A DNA stretch of 64,000 bases, taken from positions 32,001-96,000 of the IMG/VR virus record IMGVR_UViG_3300042888_002988. One strand, given 5' to 3'. Position 1 is the stretch's first letter, and every line of letters begins with the position of its first letter. The DNA is from a virus (taxonomy: Duplodnaviria > Caudoviricetes). The position numbers were made by a program, and so were the translations under genes. The notes under the pieces were generated by a model, which ran no database searches, was not told the origin of the DNA, and saw only the letters and a list, made by a program, of their open reading frames with translations. This document shows, in pieces, positions 28,290-37,524 of this stretch.

Positions 28290-28907
28290 ATGTATAAACA
28301 AATCATCCCATGCCCCGTCTGCGAGGGGTTCGTTACGGTCACCACCGACTTCGTCTGCGACAAGTGCGGGCCAGCTACCAAGGTGCCCTACTGGAACCTG
28401 AAGGAGTCACGTAAAAAAGATCGCGAGATCATGCTCCGGGCCATGCAGAGGCTCTGCGAGAAGTTCGGCGTGCCCTACGAGCTCGACCGGGAGTTCCTCG
28501 GCAACACCCGGGCGGTCGCCATCGGCATCCGCGGTCCCACCGGTCTGGCGCTGACGATCGACTTCGACGGCAACTCCTGTCAGTCAGACGTGTTCGTCCT
28601 GCCTTGGCACATGATGACCGACAGTCGGTTCGACAACAACGTCATCAGGAGCGACTTCGCGCAGAGCCGCAACGAGTATCACAAGCGCAAGGCCACCGAC
28701 GTATTCAGGGGCTTTGAGCGGCTGATCCGCGTCATGAGCGTCCGCCTGCAGCGCATTGCTGACGGCACCGCCACCGAGATCGGCGAGCCAACCAAGCCGA
28801 TCCCATGGGCAACCTTGCCTCCCGGGTTCAATGCTGAAGCCTTGGGGCACGACCGCGCTACACAAATCATCGAGGAACTTCAGAGCGAAGCCTCACAACC
28901 ACTCTGA
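28290..28907 (+). CDS. Hypothetical protein
   Basis: N-terminal CPVC...CDKC. Confidence 0.65.
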   Translation: MYKQIIPCPVCEGFVTVTTDFVCDKCGPATKVPYWNLKESRKKDREIMLRAMQRLCEKFGVPYELDREFLGNTRAVAIGIRGPTGLALTIDFDGNSCQSDVFVLPWHMMTDSRFDNNVIRSDFAQSRNEYHKRKATDVFRGFERLIRVMSVRLQRIADGTATEIGEPTKPIPWATLPPGFNAEALGHDRATQIIEELQSEASQPL

Positions 28908-28936
28908 GCCGGCAGAAATATCCGGCACCAAACAAA

Positions 28937-30964
28937 ATGAGCACTACTGCACCAACACCAACCGTCCCAGTCGATAGCGTCTTTCACAAGGCGAAGACGC
29001 TGGTCGAAACCCGATACAAGCAAATGATTGAAAGCGGACGCCTGCTCCTGCAGGTGGAAGTGGACAAGGACGAACTCTGGAAGGCCTACCACGACGGCTT
29101 CACCGATCCCGAGATCAAGCTCGAGCACCAGTGCTCCGCCTGCCGTAACTTCATCAAGGCGATCGGAGGGCTCGTGACCTTCAATGCCGAGCTGGAGATG
29201 ACGACGCTGTGGGACTTCCGCGGCCAGTCGGATATCCCGGAAGTCTACCTGGCTTCGTTCGATGCCCTCGACCGCTACGTCCGCAGCCGCCCGATCGAGG
29301 GACTGTTCAGCCACGTCGAGCCCAGTGCCGGCGTGAACCAGAACCTCGACAAAGACCGCAGCGTCATCTGGCAGCACTACTTCGCCAAGCTCCCCGCGAT
29401 CGCCTTCAACAAGGACAACGTGGTCGGCCGCAAGTCTGCGGAGCTGCGTGACAGCAAGAACGTCCTGGTGCGTTCGATCACCGAGATCAGCGAGGATGCG
29501 GTGCAGACCGTGCGCGAGCTGATTGCTCAGGACTCTCTGCCGCGGGGCCGGGAATACTCGGCGATCATCGAGCAGCTGTGGGCGTCGCAGATCGCCTACA
29601 AGGATGTCCGCGAGGAGGATCGGGACGCCTGGGCCTGGCTCAAGGCGCACGACGTCGGTCCCGCGCTGGCCCGTGCGCGCAACACGGCCGTCGGTGCGCT
29701 CTTGCAGGATCTCACTGCCGGACGTGACCTCGAAGGCGCAGTGGCCGCCTACGACCGCATCATGGCCCCCACCAGCTTCAAACGGCCGACCGCCTTGGTC
29801 ACGCCGCGTATGCTGGAAACCGCCAAGGCCCGCCTGCAGGAGCTGGACCTCATGTCCGCACTTGATCGCCGTCGCCTGGACACCCGGGACCTGACGGTGG
29901 CCAATGCGCTCTACGTGTATCGCCCTACCACATCCGGCAAGGACGTGTTCGCCCAGATCGCGGACGAGACGCCGGTGCAGGCGAAGACGCTTGAGAAGGT
30001 GGAGCGCATCGGTATCGATGACTTCGTTGCCAATGTCCTGCCTACCGCCAAGCGCATCCGTGTGCTGGTGGAGCGCGAACACATGGGGCACTTCGTGACG
30101 CTCACCGGCGCGGTGGATCCCGAGGCGAAGAACATGATGAAGCACGACAACAGCTTCAGCTTCAGCTACGCCGGCGGTGTGGCTGACGCGATCAAGGAGC
30201 GTGTGAAGCGTGAGGGCGGCAATGTGAACGGCTGGATGCGTGCGTCCCTCGCCTGGCACAACTATGACGACCTCGACCTGCACTTCCAGGGCGGTGGCGA
30301 GCACGTTTACTTCAGCAACAAGCGCGGCCGGCTCGCCTGGCTCGATGTTGATATGAATGCTGGCGGGGGCTCCACTCGTGAGCCTGTGGAGAACATCACC
30401 TGCGACAAGCAGCTGCCAGCCGGTAGCTATGAAGTCTGGGTGAATCAATACAACCGCCGGGAAGAGCGCGATTCGGGATTCGAGCTGGAGATCGAGGCCA
30501 ATGGCTCGACCTTCAACTTCGGGTCCCCTACGTCGCCCCGCGTCGACTCGGAGCGCATCAAGTTCACGGTCGACAAGGACGGCAACGTCAACATCGGCGA
30601 GACCGCGATGTCGAAGTCGCACAGCGGCATGGTGAAGTGGGGCGTCAAGACCGGCACGTTCGTGCAGGTCAAGGCGATCACACTCAGCCCGAACCACTGG
30701 ACCAAGCCCGTGGGCCTCAAGCACTGGTTCTTCCTGCTGGATGGTTGCGTCAGCGACGAGCAGACCCGGCCGTTCTTCAATGAGCACCTCTGCGCCGAGC
30801 TGGCAAAGGACCGCAAGGTCACCGAGGTGCTGGCCAGCAAGATCCAGGTCGCGCCTGCTGAAGGGGCTGAGCTCTCCGGGCTCGGCTTCAGTGAGTCCAA
30901 CCGCAACCACATCTACGTGGAAGTGGAAGGGCAATTCAAGCGGACACTGAAGGTGCTATTCTGA
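28937..30964 (+). CDS. Large conserved jumbo-phage protein with C-terminal YfaP/DUF2135-like domain
   Basis: CSACRNFIK.IG; C-terminal ASLAWHNYDDLDLH...LDVDMNAGG..REPVENI. Confidence 0.7.
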   Translation: MSTTAPTPTVPVDSVFHKAKTLVETRYKQMIESGRLLLQVEVDKDELWKAYHDGFTDPEIKLEHQCSACRNFIKAIGGLVTFNAELEMTTLWDFRGQSDIPEVYLASFDALDRYVRSRPIEGLFSHVEPSAGVNQNLDKDRSVIWQHYFAKLPAIAFNKDNVVGRKSAELRDSKNVLVRSITEISEDAVQTVRELIAQDSLPRGREYSAIIEQLWASQIAYKDVREEDRDAWAWLKAHDVGPALARARNTAVGALLQDLTAGRDLEGAVAAYDRIMAPTSFKRPTALVTPRMLETAKARLQELDLMSALDRRRLDTRDLTVANALYVYRPTTSGKDVFAQIADETPVQAKTLEKVERIGIDDFVANVLPTAKRIRVLVEREHMGHFVTLTGAVDPEAKNMMKHDNSFSFSYAGGVADAIKERVKREGGNVNGWMRASLAWHNYDDLDLHFQGGGEHVYFSNKRGRLAWLDVDMNAGGGSTREPVENITCDKQLPAGSYEVWVNQYNRREERDSGFELEIEANGSTFNFGSPTSPRVDSERIKFTVDKDGNVNIGETAMSKSHSGMVKWGVKTGTFVQVKAITLSPNHWTKPVGLKHWFFLLDGCVSDEQTRPFFNEHLCAELAKDRKVTEVLASKIQVAPAEGAELSGLGFSESNRNHIYVEVEGQFKRTLKVLF

Positions 30965-31503
30965 TGCTGATCAACAAGCTCAAAACCGACATCGCTTCCA
31001 ACGACATCGCTTGGGCTATCCAAAGCCGCATCGCCAACTCGCGCTTCACCGCTGAGGTGGAGCCGAGAAGGCGTGCGGTCAAGATACTCCAGGTGCGCCT
31101 GCGGAAGAAGAAGATGTATTGCGGTAACCACCCGAAGGCCTGCGAAGCAATCGGTGGCGCGCCCCACTGTCGAAGAGACTACCTGGAAGGCGCGGATTGG
31201 GTCGAATTCAACGACCTGGTCAACGACGTCCTGGATAGGCTCAACGTCGAGTGCAGCGTGAAGACTTCGCAATGCATCCTGCGGAAGGGCCGGCTGCGTC
31301 GCGCTGAGTATGATGCCAACGAACAGTTCTTTAACGGCACCTGGAAGTGGGACATGGACGGTCCTGACTCCCATTACGTGGACAACTGCGGGAACGAAGA
31401 GGCCGACAAGGTCCTGAGCAAGTTCCCGTTCGGAACACCCGGGATTGACGAGCGGCAGGAATACTTCTGCGTAGGAGCGCACGACCACGATCATGCCCAC
31501 TGA
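30964..31503 (+). CDS. Hypothetical protein
   Basis: TGATG overlap; YCGNHP..C motif. Confidence 0.65.
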   Translation: MLINKLKTDIASNDIAWAIQSRIANSRFTAEVEPRRRAVKILQVRLRKKKMYCGNHPKACEAIGGAPHCRRDYLEGADWVEFNDLVNDVLDRLNVECSVKTSQCILRKGRLRRAEYDANEQFFNGTWKWDMDGPDSHYVDNCGNEEADKVLSKFPFGTPGIDERQEYFCVGAHDHDHAH

Positions 31504-31723
31504 GTTCAACCTGAGAAACGTCTTGGTCGCGGGTAGCGTCATCGTCGTGGGAGCCCACATCGTGACAGGTGGGTTGATGTGGCTGGTGGGCGCTGCATCC
31601 AACGAGCAGACCATTGGTTTCATGGTCGGCGCGGCCGGCGGAACAGCGTGCGTCTGGATCGCCTACGTCTTCGGCTTGTTCTGCCGGTGGCTACGCCGCA
31701 AGCAAGTGGAGGGCGATCAGTGA
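31493..31723 (+). CDS. Small membrane protein (2 TM)
   Basis: Two hydrophobic helices. Confidence 0.6.
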   Translation: MPTEFNLRNVLVAGSVIVVGAHIVTGGLMWLVGAASNEQTIGFMVGAAGGTACVWIAYVFGLFCRWLRRKQVEGDQ

Positions 31724-32271
31724 ATCGCCCCGACGAGTGTCCCCACTGTGGGGACGAAAACATCAACCGTGACGGCGCGAGGTGGCGCTGTGAGCGGTGC
31801 TGGAATTGGTTCGGGGATTCACGTCCCCGAGCCGCTGTAACCACCTCACCAACCAAACCAAATACCAACACCATGATTGAAATGCATCCATTCGTCGCAG
31901 CTACCAAGACCAAGCTGCGTTTCGCTGCCGCCGGCCACATCTCCGCGGAGGACCTCTGGGACCTCCCGTTGAACAAGCTGGACGAGATGGCGATCGAAAT
32001 CGACGGCGAGCTCTCCGGCTCGCGCAAGTCGTTCCTTGCCAACCCTGACCGCCGGGTGACCATCGCCCAGCAGCAGGACGCCCTGCGCCTTGAGGTGCTC
32101 AAGCTGGTCATCGAGACCAAGCAGGCCGAGAACGCTGCGAAGCGTGAGGCTGCCGACAAGCGCGCACGGAAGGAATTCCTGGAGCGCCTGCTCGAGAAGA
32201 AGAAGATCGACCAGCTCGAGTCGCTGTCCGCCGAGGACATCGAGAAGGAGCTTGCTTCGATCGAGGCCTAA
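31720..32271 (+). CDS. Zn ribbon fused to a conserved phage coiled-coil protein (internal ATG at 31873 likely)
   Basis: CPHC...CERC then ATK.KLRF..G.ISAEDLWDLPL..LD motif. Confidence 0.7.
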   Translation: MNRPDECPHCGDENINRDGARWRCERCWNWFGDSRPRAAVTTSPTKPNTNTMIEMHPFVAATKTKLRFAAAGHISAEDLWDLPLNKLDEMAIEIDGELSGSRKSFLANPDRRVTIAQQQDALRLEVLKLVIETKQAENAAKREAADKRARKEFLERLLEKKKIDQLESLSAEDIEKELASIEA

Positions 32272-32368
32272 TCAGCCACGCACGCACAGCACGAGGACAC
32301 ATCGCCCTGATCGGGGGCTAGAGTTTCACTGCCGGGCGCCGATCGAGCCCGGCATTCTACAACCACAC

Positions 32369-32767
32369 ATGTTACGCAAAATCGAAATCAACGCCGTCCT
32401 GAACGGCTTCATCGTCCAAGTCGGCTGCACCGCTGTCGTCTTCGAGTCTGTGCCCAAGATGCTCGAAGAGCTGGGCAAGTATCTCGCTGATCCTGCTGCC
32501 ACCGAGAAGGCCTACCAGACCGACAGCATCAATGCTGACAAGCTGGGGCTGGCGAGGCCTGTCGATGAACGGCCCGTCGAGCGCGCCGCGCGCATCCTGC
32601 GTGACAGGAATGTCGGCGAATCTCTCGGTGGTATCGCCGCAGGAGCAGGCGCTATGCTGGGGCAAGCCATCGCCGAAGGCCGCCTCGCCGATCTGCGCAC
32701 GGCTCAGGCGATGGCCGAAGATCCAGGTGACGCTTGCGTCGGCCAGGGTCCCGTAGGCGACCGCTGA
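32369..32767 (+). CDS. Hypothetical protein
   Basis: AC-rich leader; I.AVLNGFIVQVGC motif. Confidence 0.65.
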   Translation: MLRKIEINAVLNGFIVQVGCTAVVFESVPKMLEELGKYLADPAATEKAYQTDSINADKLGLARPVDERPVERAARILRDRNVGESLGGIAAGAGAMLGQAIAEGRLADLRTAQAMAEDPGDACVGQGPVGDR

Positions 32768-32863
32768 CCTGACCGTCAGCACTGACAAACCCGGGGCGTC
32801 TCGCTGGCGTCTCGGTATTGAGGAAAAATTGGAAAAATCAGAACTATCACATCAAACATCATT

Positions 32864-33298
32864 ATGTCCGACGAAGACACCACCACCCCAGTCGCGCCCG
32901 CCATCAAAGGTCAATTCGCCAAGGCGCTCACCGCGTCCAATGCGAAGATCAAACTGTCGCGCGCCCTCCAGCTCACCGAGACCACCCGCACGACCTATCG
33001 TCGCCGCGTGGAGGACTTGGCGAACGACATCCGCATGAAGACCCTGGAAGCCCAAGGCCAACTCGACCTGCGCGGTGACAGCGCGTTGTCGCTGAACCCG
33101 GCCGCCAAGGACTTCTCCGCGGTTGACTGGGTCCAAGCGAATATCGAGGCTCGCATGGACATCCGCAACCTCCGCATTAAGCTCGCCGTCACCTACTACG
33201 GTTACTGCGATCTCTTCGGAGAAGACCAGACGCTGATCCAGGGCATCGACATCTCCGGTGTTGATGGCTCCAACATCATCATTCCCCTGCTCGACTAA
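32864..33298 (+). CDS. Conserved helical phage protein, typically near vWA/PurA-like genes
   Basis: YRRRVEDL...LDL...SL..A.DF...V...IRNLRIKL...Y..LFG. Confidence 0.65.
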   Translation: MSDEDTTTPVAPAIKGQFAKALTASNAKIKLSRALQLTETTRTTYRRRVEDLANDIRMKTLEAQGQLDLRGDSALSLNPAAKDFSAVDWVQANIEARMDIRNLRIKLAVTYYGYCDLFGEDQTLIQGIDISGVDGSNIIIPLLD

Positions 33299-33335
33299 CA
33301 CCAACCACAACCACCAACAATTAGAGACTACCATT

Positions 33336-33524
33336 ATGGGAGCACCACAAACATACGACGCCAAGCCCACCACCCCAGCGCCAGCTGAGGTCACCGAAAC
33401 CCCAGCAGCACCGGCCGTCGAGGCCTCGCCAGCTGAGACCACCGAGCCGGAGGTCGGATACCCGGGCGACCCAGTCGGCGAACCCGGCGAAGAAGGTCCT
33501 GCAGGCGAACCAGCCGCTGAGTAA
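33336..33524 (+). CDS. Small acidic Pro/Ala/Glu-rich disordered protein
   Basis: AC-rich leader; low complexity. Confidence 0.5.
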   Translation: MGAPQTYDAKPTTPAPAEVTETPAAPAVEASPAETTEPEVGYPGDPVGEPGEEGPAGEPAAE

Positions 33525-33555
33525 GCTCAACCTCTAACCCACGACACGTAAAAAT

Positions 33556-34512
33556 ATGGGAAATTCAGGTTACAGCTTCTCGGCCCGCGCCACTCGCAGC
33601 GCCACCCTCGGCTATGCCGCGGCCTCTGCGGGCGACGCGCGGGTATTCCGACAAAACGCACTGAAGCGCGTCAACGAGGGGATGGACCCTTCGCAAATCA
33701 TCCGGCGTGAAGCCCGTGATAGCGAAGCCCACCCCCTGTCCGTCCCGATCGTCCTCAAGCTGGATGTCACCGGGTCCATGGGTCGCATCCCGGCCGAACT
33801 GATCAAGGGTGATCTGCCTCATCTGATGGGGCACCTGGTGGAAGGCGAACGCGAATGTCCTGACGCAGCCCTGCTGTTCATGGCAGTGGGTGACCTGTTC
33901 TCGGACAGTGGTCCGCTGCAGGTCGGCCAGTTCGAGTCCGGCGACGCCGAGCTTGACCACTGGCTCACCACCACGTGGATCGAGGGTAACGGCGGCAACA
34001 ACGATGGCGAGAGCTACTCGTTGGGCTGGTTGTTCGCTCTCAACATGATCGAGACGGACGCCTGGGACAAGCGCAAGGAGCGCGGGCTGTTCATCAGCGT
34101 CGGAGACGAGCCGCTGCATCGCGAGATGCCAGTGTCGAAACTCCGCCAGCTGTTCGGGAACAACTTCGACAAGGTCGTGGAAGGTCTGGAGTTCAGTGGC
34201 AACACCATCCAGTCCGCCGACGTCTTGGCCAAGTTGAAGAAGCGTTGGAACGTCCACCACATCCAAGTGGGGGAAGGTGCCGACGGCTTCCACACGAACA
34301 GCTGGAAGATGCTGGGCGAAGGCTACCACACGATCTGCCGTGACTGTTCCGTCGCGGACAAGACCAGGGAGATCATCAAGGCCCACATGGCCAGCGGCCG
34401 TCGCAGTGCCGCAGCCGTCACGGAACCGGCCCCCGTCGAGGCTGCTGCAGGTGAGCCTGCGCAACCGGGAACCCCGACGCCTCCCAAGGCGTCGATTCCT
34501 GAACCGCTCTGA
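33556..34512 (+). CDS. von Willebrand factor A domain protein
   Basis: LDVTGSMG MIDAS-like motif, QVGQFES, GDEP. Confidence 0.85.
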   Translation: MGNSGYSFSARATRSATLGYAAASAGDARVFRQNALKRVNEGMDPSQIIRREARDSEAHPLSVPIVLKLDVTGSMGRIPAELIKGDLPHLMGHLVEGERECPDAALLFMAVGDLFSDSGPLQVGQFESGDAELDHWLTTTWIEGNGGNNDGESYSLGWLFALNMIETDAWDKRKERGLFISVGDEPLHREMPVSKLRQLFGNNFDKVVEGLEFSGNTIQSADVLAKLKKRWNVHHIQVGEGADGFHTNSWKMLGEGYHTICRDCSVADKTREIIKAHMASGRRSAAAVTEPAPVEAAAGEPAQPGTPTPPKASIPEPL

Positions 34513-34526
34513 ACTGAGCACTACTG

Positions 34527-34560
34527 GGCGCCGGTGGCTTCGTGCTGCCGGCGCCTTTTC
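34527..34560 (+). terminator. Intrinsic terminator
   Basis: GGCGCCGGTGGC-TTCG-TGCTGCCGGCGCC followed by TTTT. Confidence 0.7.
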
Positions 34561-34571
34561 CTTTCCAAAGC

Positions 34572-34769
34572 ATGAGCCGCACACCTTCACAACTGTCCAT
34601 CGATCTGATCGAGGCCATGGTCAACGACCCCAAACTACCCAAGAAGCTGCGCGAATTTCAACGTGGGCAGCTGGCCGACCTGAAGAGCAGGCGGGCTGCA
34701 GCACTTGTCGAAAAGCGTCCCAATCCGTTCTCCAGATTTGTAGATCACCTCGAAAAAGAATCACCATGA
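34572..34769 (+). CDS. Small hypothetical protein
   Basis: Couples to the next gene by ATGA. Confidence 0.55.
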   Translation: MSRTPSQLSIDLIEAMVNDPKLPKKLREFQRGQLADLKSRRAAALVEKRPNPFSRFVDHLEKESP

Positions 34770-36118
34770 AACACGCACACATCATCACAGACCTCGGCTT
34801 TGGCGACTCCGGAAAAGGAGCCGTCACTGACCGCCTCGCATCCTACTGCAAGAGCGACAACGTGGTTGTCGTCCGCTACACCGGCGGCAGCCAGGCCGGC
34901 CACACCGTCGACCTCAATGATCCCGGCGGCACCGATCCGCTGCTGCGCCACATCCACTCCTCGTTCGCATCGGGGGCGCTGGGAGGCGTCCCGAGCCACA
35001 TGTCGCAATACTGCCCGATCTACCCGCAGAATCTGGTGCGCGAGGCGGCCGTCCTGCGCGACAAGAATCCGGAATACAACGCCAGGCAGAACAACACCGC
35101 GGATCCACTCGCACCGTTGATCACGGTATACGACGTGGCCTGGAACCGCATCACGCAGACCAACACCAACACGGTGGGCATCGGCATCGGCGCCACCATG
35201 GAGCGCATGCTGCATTCCGAGAACCGCACGTTCATGATCGACGTGACGCACCGTCACGTGCTGACGCACAAGCTGGCACGCGTGCAGGACTACTACCTGA
35301 GCAAGATCGCTGCGATGTGCCCCGATAAGCTCCACGACTTCATGGCGGTGACCGAGCACGAGGACCTGTCCCCCGAGGATGCGTGGGACTACATCGAGTT
35401 CCGCCCCACACCTTGGGTGTTGGCCAAATACGACAACGTGATCTTCGAGGGTGCCCAGGGCATCATGCTCGACCAGGACCACGGGTTCATGCCGCACGTG
35501 ACCTGGGGCCGCACCACGAGCCGCAACGCCGTCGAGATCATCAACGCCTACGGCCGGTGCCAAGAAGTGACCACGCACCATGTGACCCGGGCCTACCAGA
35601 CTCGCCATGGCGACGGTCCAATGACCATGCCTCGCACGCACTCGATTGCGCCCAATGACCTGACCAACGTGACCAATCCGTTTCAAGGTGAGCTGCGCGT
35701 GAGCGGGCTGGACGTGAATCTGCTGACCTTCGCCGCCGCCGTGGACGACACCTACCTTCAGCAGCTGAAGTGTCATCGCAACCCCATGCAGCTGCATGTC
35801 ACTTGCTGCGACCACCTGGATCCGGACGCCTTGCTTCAGGTGAAGCGACAGCTGATGCAGCAGATCAAGCTCAAAGGCCCCATCACCTGCTGGTATGGTC
35901 CAACACGCCGCGCCATTCATTCTGACCTCGCATTCCTGCCGGCAGTGAGCATGGCAGAAGCCTATGAGGCCGTCCTTGGCGGGGTCATGGCGATAGCACC
36001 GGATTTTTATAGCTTGGCACTCGAACAGATGGCGCAGCTAATGGGCCGCACCAACGATGACGCCTTCCGCGCCGAGGTAGCGGAGCATGGCCGATCATTG
36101 CCGAGCGACATGGATTGA
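34766..36118 (+). CDS. Adenylosuccinate synthetase-like protein
   Basis: DLGFGDSGKG, RYTGGSQAGHT, FEGAQGIMLD...PHVT, TRAYQTRHG.GP. Confidence 0.88.
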   Translation: MKHAHIITDLGFGDSGKGAVTDRLASYCKSDNVVVVRYTGGSQAGHTVDLNDPGGTDPLLRHIHSSFASGALGGVPSHMSQYCPIYPQNLVREAAVLRDKNPEYNARQNNTADPLAPLITVYDVAWNRITQTNTNTVGIGIGATMERMLHSENRTFMIDVTHRHVLTHKLARVQDYYLSKIAAMCPDKLHDFMAVTEHEDLSPEDAWDYIEFRPTPWVLAKYDNVIFEGAQGIMLDQDHGFMPHVTWGRTTSRNAVEIINAYGRCQEVTTHHVTRAYQTRHGDGPMTMPRTHSIAPNDLTNVTNPFQGELRVSGLDVNLLTFAAAVDDTYLQQLKCHRNPMQLHVTCCDHLDPDALLQVKRQLMQQIKLKGPITCWYGPTRRAIHSDLAFLPAVSMAEAYEAVLGGVMAIAPDFYSLALEQMAQLMGRTNDDAFRAEVAEHGRSLPSDMD

Positions 36119-36158
36119 CGACCTGCGCATTATAAAATGCGTATACGAGGAAAATCGC

Positions 36159-36187
36159 TTGACGTTATGCGCCGGCGGTCATTAGTC
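36159..36187 (+). promoter_or_regulatory. Sigma70-like promoter
   Basis: TTGACG -35 with a weak -10 (ATTAGT at 16 nt); upstream palindrome CGCATT-ATAA-AATGCG at 36126-36141. Confidence 0.45.
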
Positions 36188-36236
36188 ATTGGTCGAAGAC
36201 CATGAGGTCGTTCTAACACTAGCAAACCACATACAC

Positions 36237-36455
36237 ATGAAACTGAAAGCAAACCAGATCGCTGACCTTGAGAAAATCGCCGCTGCCGAGAAGCCAGGCC
36301 TTCCCGAAAAGCAAGTCCACTTCCGTGTGCGCGCGGTACTCACCAGTGCCGGCCTGATCAAGGCTACCGATAAGAAGGGTGTCGTCACCCTTACCATCAC
36401 CGCCGAAGGCCGCAAGGCTCTGAAGGCTGCAGCCAAGGCTCTGGCACCAGCCTAA
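36237..36455 (+). CDS. Small basic wHTH-like protein
   Basis: K/A-rich; L..AGLI...TITAEGRKAL; own promoter and terminator. Confidence 0.65.
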   Translation: MKLKANQIADLEKIAAAEKPGLPEKQVHFRVRAVLTSAGLIKATDKKGVVTLTITAEGRKALKAAAKALAPA

Positions 36456-36472
36456 TCGGTAACCATCGACTC

Positions 36473-36505
36473 AGGGCCCCACGTGTCATGCGTGGGGCCC
36501 TTTTT
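36473..36505 (+). terminator. Intrinsic terminator
   Basis: AGGGCCCCACG-TGTCATG-CGTGGGGCCCT followed by TTTT. Confidence 0.75.
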
Positions 36506-36511
36506 ATTGCC

Positions 36512-37177
36512 ATGATCACAATCACGATTTCAAACGCAGCGTGGGGCTACCTCACCGACCTGCCGGACTATACCGGCGGAAAGATTTTCAAGAAGGGCAA
36601 GCTGCCGCTCGACGGCCGGCACTCATTCAAGCCGGGGCTCGGCGACACGATCATCCCGGGCGTAACGGACAAGTCGCTTCTGGGCAACATGCCTGGCGGC
36701 TATGGCTTCGTCCGCCCATGGGACACCGAGGGCCGGGTCGCCGAGCTGGCGCTCAACGTCGACTGGCAGAAGGCCCGCGTGCCACGCCTAGATTACTACG
36801 TGGCCATGATCAACGGCTCGCCGTGCCCGGATGCCGTGCGGCTTTACTACCCTGAGCGGGTGTTTGTCACCGGCGAGGGCAACGACGGCGAGGATCTCGA
36901 TCGAGTGGATATCCTCAAGCATCTGCGGGCAGTCGACATCCGAGCGACCTCGCACTTCTGGCTGCCGTGCCAGATCTTCCACGGCCTGAAGCAGGGCGGG
37001 ATTCCCAACATCAGTGCCGGCCTGCGGTCTGACACGGACATGGGCGCCTCGTGGTATGAGGTGTGCAACCGTCTGGCCGCCAAGCTGCCGGCGGGCTACG
37101 AGTGGTATTTCAGTGGCGGCCGATACGGTGAGCTGTTCATCACCGAGGACCGAGCCAAATACCCCGAAGCACAATGA
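36512..37177 (+). CDS. Hypothetical protein
   Basis: 221 aa ORF. Confidence 0.65.
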   Translation: MITITISNAAWGYLTDLPDYTGGKIFKKGKLPLDGRHSFKPGLGDTIIPGVTDKSLLGNMPGGYGFVRPWDTEGRVAELALNVDWQKARVPRLDYYVAMINGSPCPDAVRLYYPERVFVTGEGNDGEDLDRVDILKHLRAVDIRATSHFWLPCQIFHGLKQGGIPNISAGLRSDTDMGASWYEVCNRLAAKLPAGYEWYFSGGRYGELFITEDRAKYPEAQ

Positions 37178-37509
37178 AATGGAAAGCCGGCCGACAAGGA
37201 TCGGGCTACTTCAAGCTCACGCTATTCAGTAGCCAGTGGTTGAAATGTGATTGTCACATCATACGCCTGCCGAAAGGCGCGCGAGTACCGCCACACCGGG
37301 ATCCATGCCCGGCCGGATGGGAGCACCACCGCATCAACCTGACTCTGTGCGCTGCCCAGCTGGGCGGCGTCACGTTCTGTGAGCACCCGCCGCACCCACG
37401 CGGTCGCATCTACCGCTTCCGCCCCGACCAGGTCTACCATTGGGTGACCATGGTCCGGGAAGGATCGCTGTGGCTGCTGAGCGTGGGCTGGCTCACCCGC
37501 ATCAAATAA
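37174..37509 (+). CDS. 2OG-Fe(II) oxygenase-like (DSBH) protein
   Basis: PPHRDP (HxD) ... FRPD..YHWV (distal His). Confidence 0.7.
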   Translation: MKWKAGRQGSGYFKLTLFSSQWLKCDCHIIRLPKGARVPPHRDPCPAGWEHHRINLTLCAAQLGGVTFCEHPPHPRGRIYRFRPDQVYHWVTMVREGSLWLLSVGWLTRIK

Positions 37510-37524
37510 ACACATCTACAAATC

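Noticed and set aside
28880-30934. 684-aa minus-strand ORF and similar long antisense ORFs (4389-5714, 33565-34590, 34745-35920, 40389-41624, 46995-47999, 57279-58433)
   Set aside because: Each mirrors a motif-bearing plus-strand gene; these are stop-poor shadows of GC-rich codon bias with no motifs of their own.
34766-36118. PurZ (2-aminoadenine, Z-genome) candidate
   Set aside because: The motif is GFGDSGKG with the PurA catalytic Asp retained; PurZ has Ser there (GSTGKG-like). No DatZ/MazZ neighbour was recognised.
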